Shown piece by piece: positions 23,401 to 33,645 of a stretch of 33,645 bases of DNA. Each line of letters begins with the position of its first letter. Within the stretch, counting starts at the first letter, position 1. The DNA lies in NCBI RefSeq assembly GCF_004010195.1, contig NC_057711.1, forward strand, positions 71,212,797 to 71,246,441. The letters are read 5' to 3'. The notes under the pieces are model-generated. The model saw nothing but the letters and a program-made list of their open reading frames with translations, searched no databases and had not been told where the DNA came from. Origin of the DNA: Chiloscyllium plagiosum (Eukaryota). The position numbers and the translations under genes are program-made.

Positions 23401-25462
23401 AGGGCTAGAGCAAAACAAGACAACCTCACAGAAATGCAAAGACAACATGCCATTTTGACCAAGATTGATTAATCAACATTCAAGCAAATAATTTCAGACA
23501 TTTGAAATCTAAAACAAAACGGCGAGAAATGGAGTTAGCATTTCAGATTGATGATCTGTCGCCGCGATTGATAGTTCAACTCTCAAATATTGTACATCTG
23601 TAATTCAATACTTATGAGTGAGAATGCAATTTGGGAAACTGCAGATGCACTTCCTGTGTGTGATTGTCATAGCTGGGAGTATCAGATCAAGGAATTACCC
23701 CAAAATCTCAACTCCAAGACCAGACTTTTCTCCCTGCATTTCACTGTTGACTTTCAAATCATTTTAATTCAGCTTTTATCTCTTTTAATTTCTGCACAGT
23801 GCTATGCCTATGCTGGCATTGTATCTGTGTGCTGCAATCCATTTTATTAATAACTATAATATTATTTGTGTGCAGTGGAATATTTTCTGAAGTGTTTGAT
23901 TTTAACAGCATGCTCACTGCCTGATTCGTTAAATATATTATGCAAAATTTCAATCAACAGTTATTAGTCAAGCTCTTCAGAGTAACAGAGGAACGATCAT
24001 TGCAGACATAATAGTCCTGATGGTGCAAAGCAATTACATATTTGTCTGGTGGGATAATTATGTCTAAACTTTACTTGACCGTGCTGGGTTCAGATATCAG
24101 TTACTTGGCATTTTTCAAGCGACTGATTACAGTTGTTCATTTTTCAATAAAGCCTTTTTGAGGGGAAAAAGAGTCTGCATTGCGACTGGATTAAATCACA
24201 AATGGATCACAAAATACTGTAGGGTTACAACAGAGTCCTTTTGTGGCTCAGTGAATTGACAGACATGTGAAGTGTTTTCGAGCTGCAGAAAATTGACAGA
24301 GGTGATGCAGTTGGCACCCATTGGTCATTAAAAGTTAGCATCAGTAATTCACGAAGAGTGCATGCTGACAAGCTGAATGCTAATTCCATTTTGAGCATTC
24401 AATCAATTTCTGAGGGAGAAAATAGATTAGGAGATGAGCAAGTTAAAGTGGAGCCACTCCACTTCAGCTCAAGTGTAAACGCTGAGGTCAAAACACTAAA
24501 TCATGCATAGAAATGAGCAAATTATAAAGCAGCATTTTTAAACATTCTGCCTGCAAAACAAAGCCTATACTTATTATACTGAGTTGGTGTGTTAAGGTGC
24601 ACGTGGGGTGTAATATCCCCAAAAAATGATCCCAGGTAGTCATAATTGTTCCACTGTATATTTTTGCAGCTGTGCACCAGTCTAAACAGTCGCAGGCTTG
24701 TCTTATTCTGTGATAAATAACATATTTCCATGACTGTGTAGAATAATTTAAGAGAACCATGAGTGGAAAACATGCAGTGTACTAACTTTTAAAGGAAGCA
24801 GTAGGCCCACTTTTGGATTTCAAGCGGGCTGCTTTGCAGATGAGTGGGGAACCAGATTAAAGATGTCATTAGACCACAAAATCATAGCAAGTAGGAGCAG
24901 AAGTTTCTCATCACGTCTGCTCTGTCATTCAAAAGGGATCAGGCTGATCTGATAACCTTCAACTCCACTTCCCTGAACCCCATAATCTTTAATCCCTGAT
25001 TAAAATTCTGTCTGTCCTAACTTCGAATATAACTCACAACCCACCCTCTACAACCCTCTGTGGAAAAGTGTTGCTTAAGTATACCACCCATTGAGAGAAG
25101 AAATTCCTCCTCATTTTCCCCTTAAATGGGCAAACCATTATTTTGAGATTATGCCCTTTGGTTTTAGACTCTCCCACAAGGGGAAATAAGCTTTCCACAT
25201 CTACCCAGAAAAATCCCTCAAGAATCTTATATGTTTCAATAAAGTCACCTCTAATTCTTCTAAACTCCGATGAGTACAGGCCCAACCTACTCAACCTCTC
25301 CTCTGAAGAAAATTCCTCCACTCCCAGAGTCAACTTTCTCAGGCCTGGCACCAATGGCAGTACTTGTTTCCTTGGATAAGGAGCGTAAAACTGTCCACAA
25401 TATTCCAGGTATGGTCTGGTTAACATCTGACATAGTTTTGGCAGGATCTCCCTATCTTTGTC

Positions 25463-25545
25463 GGAGAAAGTGAGGACTGCAGATGCTGGAGAGTTAGATT
25501 TGAAATGGATGGCACTGAAAAAGCAGAGCAGGTCAGGCAGCATTC
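25463..25545 (-). mobile_element. PLE pLTR-end fragment inserted in CR1
   Basis: ggagaaagtgaggactgcagatgctggagag..aaaagcagagcaggtcaggcagcattc is the reverse complement of the 17085-17162 family. It explains the non-CR1 peptide in the N-terminal part of ORF 25034..25606. Confidence 0.75.
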
Positions 25546-26277
25546 TTATATTTGTACCCCTTCTAAAATAAAGGCTAACAGTCCATTTGCCTTCCTTATT
25601 AGCCACTGAATTTAGATGCTAGCTTTTCGTGATTCGTGGATGAGAATACCCAAATCTGTCTATGGTGAAGCATTCTTCAGTTTCTCCCTATTTAATTAAT
25701 ATTCAGCTCCATCATTTTTCTAGACAAAATGCATAACCTTACATTTTCCCATGTTATGTTCCATCAGCCAAGAATTTGCCCTGTCCATATACCTCTGCAG
25801 ACTCTTTGTGTCACCTCCACCACTTGCCTTGCTTCCCATTTTTTGTGCCACTCACAAATTTGACTCTAAGTAATTGTGGCCCCAGCGCTGATCCCTGTAA
25901 CACTCCACTTGTTACAGGTTGTTATCCTGAAAATGTCTCCCATATCCCACCTCCCTGTCTTCTACAGTGAACCAATCCTTAATCTATGCTAATTGTACTA
26001 GCTCTAACACCAAAAGCTGTAACCTTATTAAGCAGCATTACATGGTGTGCCTTATTGACACCTTTTGGAAATCCAAATCACTTATTGATTTTAGATCTAC
26101 TGTTCTCCTTTATCTATTCAACATGTTACTCCCTCAAGTAACTCTAATAAATATATCAGGTACGATATCTCCTTCATGAAGCTATGCTGACTCTGCTTGA
26201 TTACATACATATTTTTAAATGGTCTTCCATGAAATCCTTTGTAATACTCTACAATATTTTCCGAGCGACAGATGCTA

Positions 26278-26374
26278 AGCTCGCAGTTTCAAATAAACCT
26301 ATTGCACTATAACCTGGTGTCGAGTGATTTTTGATTTTGTCCACCCTAGTCCAACATCGGCACCTCCACATCAT
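26278..26374 (+). mobile_element. 3' end of another short shark repeat (probably PLE pLTR) inserted in CR1
   Basis: caaataaacctattgcactataacctggtgtcgagtgatttttgattttgtccaccctagtccaacatcggcacctccacatcat interrupts CR1 sequence and contains AATAAA. The family assignment is from memory of shark repeats. Confidence 0.5.
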
Positions 26375-26774
26375 ACCTTTATTTTAACTTTCTTTTTTGA
26401 ATAAAAGTGTTAAATTAGCAGACTCCCAATCTTTTGGTACTATGCATTCTTATATTACTTGCTAGTTGACTTTCATGGTTTATTTTTTCACTTTTTTTGT
26501 CATCTTTTGTTGGCTTTTAAAACTTTTCCAATTTGCCACTAATCTTTGCCAAATTGCATGCCTTTTTCCTTTCAATTTGCTGAAATCCTTAACTTCCTTA
26601 AGCATAGTTTATCACCATCCTCGAATGCTTCTTCATCTCTGGGATATATCTTTGCCATGAGTCATGAGCTTTCTTTCAAGCTTTTTGCCATTGTTCTTGC
26701 TGCAAAATTCCTTTCCTAGTCCACTGCAGCCAGCTCTGCCCTTATCCCTAAACAATGACCCTTATTTAAGTTTC

Positions 26775-26905
26775 CAGTCTGAGGAAGGGTCACTCGACCC
26801 AAAATGTTAACTTTCATTTCTCTCCACAGATGCTGCCAGATCTGCTTAGCTTTTCCAGCAATATCTATTTTTGTCTCTTGATTTATAGCACCCGGAGTTC
26901 TTTTG
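26775..26905 (+). mobile_element. PLE pLTR-end element with CpG-decayed hammerhead motif
   Basis: CTGAGGA-A-GGGTC-actc-GACCC-AAAATGTT (26779-26808) then tctctccacagatgctgccagatctgcttagcttttccagca. Homologous to 31887-32007. Confidence 0.8.
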
Positions 26906-26990
26906 ATTTTTGTTTCCAATCCAAGTTTCTCACTCTTAAACAATGGAAAATTCTACCACATGATGGTCACTGTTCCTGAGTGGATCTTTT

Positions 26991-27300
26991 AAGATTAAGA
27001 TTAGATTCCCTACAGTGTGGAAACAGGCCCTTTGGCCCAACCCATCCACACCGACCCTGCGAAGAGTAATCCACCCAGACCCATTTCCCTCTGACTAATG
27101 CACCTAACACAATGGGCAATTTAGCATGTCCAATTCACCTGACCTGCACATCTTTGGATTGTGGGAGGAAACCGGAGCACGCACACAGACACAGGGAGAA
27201 TGTGCAAACTCCACACAGACAGTCGCCTGAGGCTGGAATCAAACCTGGGACCCTGGTGCTGTGGGGCAGCAGTGCTAACTACTGAGCCACTGTGCCACCC
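26991..27300 (-). mobile_element. HE1-type SINE
   Basis: Minus-strand head gggtggcacagtggctcagtagtt (A box) and ggtttgattcc (B box); tail cctgtttccacactgtagggaatctaatctt. Confidence 0.94.
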
Positions 27301-27396
27301 ATAAACTAAATTCAAACTCCACCATCTGCTATGGCAGGATTTGATCCCAGCTCCCCAGAACATTAATTGGGTCAATGGATTAACAATACCACCAGG
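27301..27396 (-). mobile_element. Head of a different tRNA-derived SINE
   Basis: The minus strand reads cctggtggtattgttaatcc..aatgttctggggagctgggatcaaatcctgccatagcagatggtggagtttgaatt, with A-box-like and B-box-like (ggatcaaatcc) motifs. Confidence 0.55.
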
Positions 27397-27533
27397 AGAA
27401 AGTGAGGACTGCAGATGCTGGAGATCAGAGCTGAAAATGTGTTGCTGGAAAGGGCTCATGTCCGAAATGTCGATTCTCCTGCTCCTTGGATGCTGCCTGG
27501 CCTGCTGTGCTTTTCCAGCAACACATTTTCAGC
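27397..27533. mobile_element. Mini PLE insertion with internal inversion and 16-bp target-site duplication
   Basis: Flanked by exact taacaataccaccagg (27381-27396, 27534-27549). Internal inverted repeat agctgaaaatgtgttgctggaaa (27429-27451) / tttccagcaacacattttcagct (27512-27534). Partial hammerhead agggctcatgtccgaaatgtc lacks CTGA. Confidence 0.88.
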
Positions 27534-28140
27534 TAACAATACCACCAGGCATTTCTTCTCTGAGATCATTTATTAAACCTGCCTCATTATGCATTATCAG
27601 GTCCAAAATAGCCTGATCCCTGGTTTGATCCACAATATCTCATTCTAGGAGACTGTGAACTCTTCCTTATGGCTACCTTTGCCAATTTGGTTTTCCCAAT
27701 CTGCATGAAAATTAAAACTCATCATTAATTTCCTTTTATTTTACAGATTCTTAATATCTCCTGATTTATTCTCTGTCCCATAGAACAGCTACTGTTAGGT
27801 GGCCTATGGATTCCTACTAGTGTCTTCTTCCCTTTCTTATTTATTACCTCTACCTTATCCAATCTGAGGTCATTTCTTGCTGTTGTAATTATTCCATCTC
27901 AGACCAGTAAAGCAGCCCTGCCACCTCTTGAATAGTCATATATTTCTGAATATTTAGAATCTGAATTCATTGAACTCTTTGTAATCATATTTCTGCGATG
28001 GCTATAAGGCCATATTGATTAATCTTTACTTGTGCTGTTCATTAATTTGAATACCCTGTAGGTTCAAGGTACGTGCTATGATTTTGCCTTTTAACCATAC
28101 TTTCCCGCTTTGAGTATTTTTGCTTCTTCTTTTACAATTG

Positions 28141-28456
28141 ATTGGGTTAGATTAGCTACAGTGTGGAAACAGGTCCTTCGGCCCAACAAGTGCACACTAA
28201 CACTCCGAAGAGCAACCCAGACCCATTTCCCTACATTTACCCCTGCACCTAACGTGACGGGCAATTTAGCATGGCCAATTCACCTAACTTGCACATTTTT
28301 GGACTGTGGGAGGAAACCGGAGTACCCGGAGGAAACCCGCACAGACACGGGGGGAATGTGCAAACACCACACAGACAGTTGTCCGAGGCCAGAATTGAAC
28401 CTGGGTCCCTGGTGTTGTGAGGCCGCAATGCTAACCACTGAGCCACCGTGCCGCCC
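28141..28456 (-). mobile_element. HE1-type SINE with short TSD
   Basis: Minus-strand head gggcggcacggtggctcagtggtt (A box) and ggttcaattct (B box). Flanked by aattg at 28136-28140 and 28457-28461. Confidence 0.94.
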
Positions 28457-30393
28457 AATTGCACCCACTATTATTTCCTACCCCACCCTAGGTGACATTA
28501 TCAAAGTAGCTGCATTTTGATAAATCTACTCTTAAGCTACTACTTTCTAAGCCTATATATCCCCAATCCTGAATCTTCCTACTTCCAATTAGTTTATAAC
28601 CTCTCTGTAACCCTAGTTATTATATTCTTTATAATATTGATTCCAGCATTGTTCAATTGACCCCTGTTCTACAAAAACAGCACCCGTCTACCACAGTACT
28701 CATTCCAGAAACACATTCCTACCACATTAAGCTTTAAGCCCTGCTTTTTACTTCTTGACTTTATTTACCCTGTACCAATTTGCCTGCAGGCATGTAGTAA
28801 ATCAGAGATTATTACCTTGAAAGTTCTGCTTTTGAATTTAGCTCCCGACTCCAAAATCTTTCAGTAGAAACCCCTTTACAATCTTATCAATGTCATTACC
28901 ACCCATGTGGGTGATGACAACTGCTTTCTTCCCTCCAACTCAAAGTTCCTCTCCAGCCCGAAGAGATGCCCTTAACCCTGGCACTGAGAAGGTTACATAG
29001 CCTTCTGGACTCATACTCACAGCTGCAGAGAATAGTATCCATCCCTCTAAATGTACTGTCCCTGATCACTGCTACATTCCTTCCCCTATTTGAATGGTTT
29101 CTTATATCATGGTATAAGGGCTAGTTTGTTCATCCTGCGAGCAGTTCCTTCTCTTTCACGCACCTTGCAAGTACCTCAAAACTGTTGGACAATTGCATGA
29201 ACAGGGGCTTCTTGACAGCCACATCTTGGGTCCCATACCTGTCTCACCTACCATCATACTCTCCTGTCCTCAATGCCAGACCACGTTGGAACTATCTAAT
29301 TTAATGGATGTGATCGCATCCTGGAGAAAAGTTTCCAGGTACCATCCCCTTCCCTGATGTGATGCAATGTCTACAACTTGGAATGCAGCCCTCAACTCAG
29401 ATCCATAGCTGCTTAAGCTGAAAACACTTGGTACAGATGTGTTCACTGTGGATCATCATCTCTATTGTATTAATCAAAGTAATTAATTAAATAATTAATA
29501 TTCCTGCTATTTACTCTTGAAAAATCACCATTCTTAGCACTTTATTACATATTTTCTTTTGTTTTCTGTGCTAGTAATAAAATTAGTATCTATCAAGCTT
29601 TCCTTAAGAAAAAAAGAGAAAATGAACTAGAGATTTGAGTATGAGCTGAGGACCTTATTTTCACTTTAAAGATTAGAAACTAGAAATAATCTCAGACCAT
29701 AATAACCAATCAGTTGTTTTGGTTAGGCAATAACAATACCTGTCTTATTTTTCCGCTGAATTTCTTGATATGCTCAACTTGACATTCTATTGTATATTGC
29801 ATTTTTACGTGCTAAACTGTACTAAATTGTTGATTTATATATGCTCCAACACAAAAGATCTATCTGAATCAGTTAATACGGATCAGTTCTCAACTAGTTC
29901 AAATTAGGCTGCTCTTTCAAAGCAAACTAAAACCTGCTAGAAAATAAGCTTGCTCCAAGCTTGCAAATACAGAATTTTTGACCACAGATTTCATTTTTAT
30001 GACATCTATATATTATAGACTAAATTAACAATCACAAAGTAATGATTTCCACACGGGTTGCCTGAGTTTCTCAGATGATGACGGCAACCATTTTGGGTAA
30101 GTGGTGTGCTTTTTAAAACCATTTTAAGTCCATGAAAATTTCTGGTGTTTTAGCAAATGATGGAAATTGAATATTGATAGTCTAATTTCACTACAATCAA
30201 TACTGGCAGGACAATGATTAACAGGTAAACCAGTTGATTACCCAAGCATTAAAGACATCACCTTCATCCTATGTTCTTGAGATTGAAACTTAATTGCAGT
30301 TGAATCGTATTGAACTCAACCTGCTATATATTGCCACTGTTTCATCAGACTTCTCAACCAATTTCTTAAATTGAAACCAACCATTTCAACTCA

Positions 30394-31126
30394 GTGAAGA
30401 GAAATTAGAGTTAGCGTTTTGGGTCTAGTGACCCTTCCTCAGAACTGATGGTAGTGAAGAAAATGTCAGTTTATATGCAAAGAATAGGGTGGGTGGAGGG
30501 GGTAAGGAGTAAACAATAGGTAGGGATAGAGATCAAGGAGAGCAAAGAACAGTTGGACAGACAAAGGAGTGGATAATGATCTCTGGCTAGGAGGTAAATA
30601 TCTGTTAATGGAGACTGTTAGTGGCTAACAATAGGTAATGTGTGTAATGGTAGAGTGTGATAACAAGACTGGCATGTGGGGTGGGAGCTAGGACATGGGA
30701 GAATTCAGGGCCTTACATTATTAAACACGATATTGAGTCCTGAAGGTGCAGGGTTCCCAAGTGGAAGGTGAGCTGTTGCTCTTCCAGCTTGTGCTGAGCT
30801 TTGCTGGAGCACGGCAGCAAGCCTGAGACAGAGATGTTGTTCAGGGGACACAGTGATGTGTTAAAGCAGCAGGCAACTGGAAGCTCAGGGTCTTTTTTGC
30901 AGGTAGGACATAGATGTTCTGTGAAGCCATCACCCAGTTTACGCTTCATTTTCCCAATGTAGAGGAGACCACATTGTGAGCAGCGAATGCAGTAGACTAG
31001 ATTATGTGAAGTGCTGTTTCACCTGGAAGGTATGTTTGGGCGCTTGGATACTGAAGAGGGAGGAGGTAAATGGGCAGGTGTTACACTTTCAGTAGTTGTA
31101 GGGGAAGATGTTATGAGGCTGTGGGG
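30394..31126 (-). mobile_element. Neptune-type Penelope-like element: Cys linker, GIY-YIG endonuclease and pLTR (inverted arm)
   Basis: The minus strand reads KCNTCP (Cys linker), then NLVYCIRCSQCGLLYIGKMKRKLGDGFTEHL..PVACCFN..KLEEQQLTFHLGTL (extending ORF 30713..30949). Terminal ctgaggaagggtcactagacccaaaacgct at 30412-30442. Confidence 0.9.
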
Positions 31127-32007
31127 TGTTTACACGTCCATCTCTCACCAGGATGGTCTCAGGTCTCTCCACTTCTTCCTGGAGCAAAGACTTGAATCAT
31201 GTCCACCCACCACCATTCTCCTCTGCCTGAGCTCGTCCTCACCATGAACAATTTCTCTTTTAACTCCTCCCATTTTCTTCAGCTCAGAAGATGGCCATGG
31301 GTACACGCATGAGCCCCAATTATGCCTGTCTCTTCATGTGGTTTGTGGATCATTCCTCATTCTAGTCATATTCTGGCCGCCATCCACAACACTTTCTCCA
31401 ATATATCGATGATGATATTGGTGCTGCATCCCTCTCTCATCCAGAATTGGAAAAGGTCATCGCAAGCTTGGGGGCCCTGCAGCCCTCCAATTTAATATTA
31501 AGTTCAATAATGCTCAGGCCTGAAATCTCCCATGTGCTAGCTCCTACACAACACACCAGGCCTTGTTATCACATAGTCTGCAGTTACAGACTACTTATTC
31601 TTCGCCATGAAAGTCTCCATTAACAACTATTCTTTTTTTGGATTAGTGGTGCTGGAAGAGCACAGCAGTTCAGGCAGCATTCGAGGAGCAGCAAAATCGA
31701 CGTTTCGGGCAAAAGCCCTTCACAACTATTCACCTTCCTAACCATATCATTATCTACTCCTTTGTCTGTGCAACTATTCTTCTCTCTCTGGGCTCTATCC
31801 TCCGCACACACCACCCTCACCTCCCTACCTCCCCTCCAACCCTATCTTCTGCATATAAACTGACATTTTCCAAGCTACCAACATTTCTGAGGAAGGGTTA
31901 CTGGAGCCAAAACATTAATTCTGATTTATTTTCACAGATGCTGCCAGATATGCTGAACTTTTCCAGCAATTTATGTTTTTGTCTCCGATTTGCAGCATCT
32001 GCGGTTC
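31127..32007 (+). mobile_element. Same PLE family, plus-strand arm: RT core fragment joined directly to the 3' end/pLTR
   Basis: 31127-31463 reads YTSISHQDGLRSLHFFL..ELVLTMNNFSFNSSHFLQ..MAMGTRMSPNYACLFM..FLQYIDDDIG (frameshifted). 31468-31935 is a diverged reverse complement of 30394-30765. Decayed hammerhead at 31887-31916. Confidence 0.9.
31633..31721 (-). mobile_element. 89-bp young PLE pLTR fragment with 10-bp TSD, nested in the older PLE
   Basis: Flanked by acaactattc (31623-31632, 31722-31731). The minus strand reads gaagggcttttgcccgaaacgtcgattttgctgctcctcgaatgctgcctgaactgctgtgctcttccagcaccactaatcc-A7, with CpGs intact. Confidence 0.88.
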
Positions 32008-33645
32008 ATAGAGTCATGGAGATGTACAGCATGGAAACAGACCCTTCAGTCCAACCCGTCCATGCCGATTAGAAATCCCAACCCAATCTAGTCCCACCTG
32101 CCATCACCCGGCCCATATCACTCCAAACCCTTCCTATTCATATACCCATCCAAATGCCTTTTAAATGTTGCAATTGTACCAGCTTCCACCACACCCTCTG
32201 GCAGCTCATTCCATACATGTGCCACCCTCTGCGTGAAAAGGTTGCTCCTTAGATCGCATGTATATCTTTCCCCTCTCACTCTAAAACTATGCCCTCTAGT
32301 TCTGGACTCCCCCACCCCAGGGAAAAGACTTTGTCTATTTATCCTATCCGTGCCCCCTATAATTTTGTAAACCGCTATAAGGTCACCCCTTAGCCTCCGA
32401 CGCTCCAAGGAAAACAGCCCCAGCCTGTTCAGCCTCTACCTGTAGCTCAGATCCTCCAAGTCTGGCAACATCCTTGTAAATCTTTTCTGAACCCTTTCAA
32501 GTTTCAAAAGATCTTTCTGTTAGGAAGGAGACCAGAATTGCATGCAAGATTCCAACAGTGGCCTAACCAATGACCTGTACAGCCGCAACACAACATCCCA
32601 ACTCCTGTACTCAATACTTTGACCAATAAAGGAAAGCATACCAAACGCCTTCTTCACTATCCTATCCACCTGCGACTCGACTTTCAAGGAGCTATGAACC
32701 TGCACTCCAAGGTCAGCAACACTGCCTAGGACTTTACCATTAAGTGTATAAGTCCTGCTAAGAGTTGCTTGTTTGAAAAGCAACCCTCCACCACCACCTT
32801 CTACCTTTGAGCCAGTTCTGTATCCAAATGGTTAGTTCTCCCTTTAAGCTGTGAGATCTAACCTTGCTAACCAGTCTCCCATGGGAAAACTTGTCGAAGG
32901 CCTTACTGAAGTCCATATAGATCACATCTACTGCTCTGCTCTCATCAATCCTCTTTGCTACTTCTTCAAAAAACTCAATCAAGTTTGTGAGACATGATTT
33001 CCCATGCACAAAGCCATGTTGACTATCCCAAATCAGTCCTTGCCTTTCCAAATACATGTACATCCTGTCCCTCAGGATTCCCTCCAACAACTTGCCCACC
33101 ACCAAGGTCAGGCTCAGCCTTCTATAGTTCCCTGGCTTGTCCTTACTATCCTTCTTAAACAGTGGCACCACGTTAGCCAACCTCCAGTCTTCCGGCACCT
33201 CACCTGTGAATATCAATGATACAAATATCATAGCAAGAGGCCCAGCAATCACTTCTCTAGCCTCCGACAGCGTTCTAAGGTACACCTGATCAGATCCTGG
33301 GGATTTATTCTCCTTTATGCATTTCAAGACATCCAGCACTTCCTCCTCTGTAATCTGGACATTTTGCAAGATGTCACCATCTATTTCCCTACAGTCTATA
33401 TCTTCCATATCCTTTTCCACAGTAAACACTGATGCAATATACTCGTTTCGTATCTCCACCATTTTCTGCGGCTCCACACAAAGACCGCCTTGCTAATCTT
33501 TGAGGGGCCCTATTCTCTCGTTACCCTTTTGTCCTTAATTTATTTGTAAACACCCTTTGGATTCTCCCTAACTCTATTCACTAAAGCCATCTCTTGTCCC
33601 CTTTTTGCCCTCCTGATTTCCCTCTTAAGTATACTCCTACTGCTT
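32007..33645 (-). mobile_element. HER1/CR1-type LINE continuing past the window end, with RT catalytic segment deleted
   Basis: ORFs 32758..33477, 32520..32783 and 32118..32408 are homologous to the copy at 1029-3218, with tail catagagtcatggagatg at 32007. Sequence equivalent to ~1561-1816 (PQGS..ADD) is missing at ~32770. Confidence 0.96.

Larger units (their letters stand above)
24875..29460 (-). mobile_element. Long decayed CR1-type LINE (ORF1 zinc-finger/esterase through ORF2 to 3' tail) hosting several younger insertions
   Basis: ORF 25034..25606 (RPYLEYCGQF.AP, EERLSRLGLYS.EFRRIRGDFIETYKIL, RRNFFSQWVV); VTSGVLQGSALGP at ~25877-25915; SDH-like motif at ~26960; RPPN at ~27795; ORF1 GDSTFRGMD...THMGGNDID at ~28885-29065; HICTKC at ~29425-29442. 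Confidence 0.88.

Noticed and set aside
25034..25606. 190-aa ORF as a novel chimeric protein
   Set aside because: It is a chance open frame across a CR1 ORF2 remnant and an 83-bp PLE insert, with a non-ATG start and no expression signals.
28380..28456. tRNA gene (also ~8805-8879 and ~27225-27300)
   Set aside because: The A and B boxes belong to the tRNA-derived heads of HE1 SINEs and run straight into SINE body sequence. I see no complete cloverleaf.
27121..28520. Similar ORFs at 8698-8973, 27121-27459 and 28110-28520 as a small gene family
   Set aside because: The similarity arises because all are translations of HE1 SINE copies.

Overview
Repeat-rich eukaryotic non-coding DNA, almost certainly from a cartilaginous fish: it carries HE1-type tRNA-derived SINEs and their HER1/CR1 partner LINEs. 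I can support no intact host protein-coding gene. Every recognisable ORF is a decayed transposon fragment (CR1 reverse transcriptase, endonuclease and esterase; Buster/Charlie hAT transposase; Penelope-like GIY-YIG and RT). Main structures: (i) a three-layer nest at 1-4836, in which a HER1 LINE 3' end is split by a hAT transposon that is itself split by a second HER1 LINE; (ii) two long decayed CR1 copies, several LINE scraps, three HE1 SINEs and Deu-type SINEs; (iii) about a dozen Penelope-like element (PLE) pieces from several families, most carrying a minimal type I hammerhead-ribozyme motif (CTGANGA-stem-GAAAC-GTH), with the core intact at 17040-17067 and 7127-7161; (iv) an unexplained ~145-bp inverted repeat pair ~1.1 kb apart (11612-11756 / 12882-13027); (v) repeat-poor tracts with enhancer-like motif clusters, a degenerate minisatellite and one candidate exon. 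The hammerhead-bearing mini-PLEs and the orphan inverted repeat are the best leads. PLE hammerheads are a known class, and nothing here can be called a new system from sequence alone. Family names come from recalled consensus features, not from a database search.
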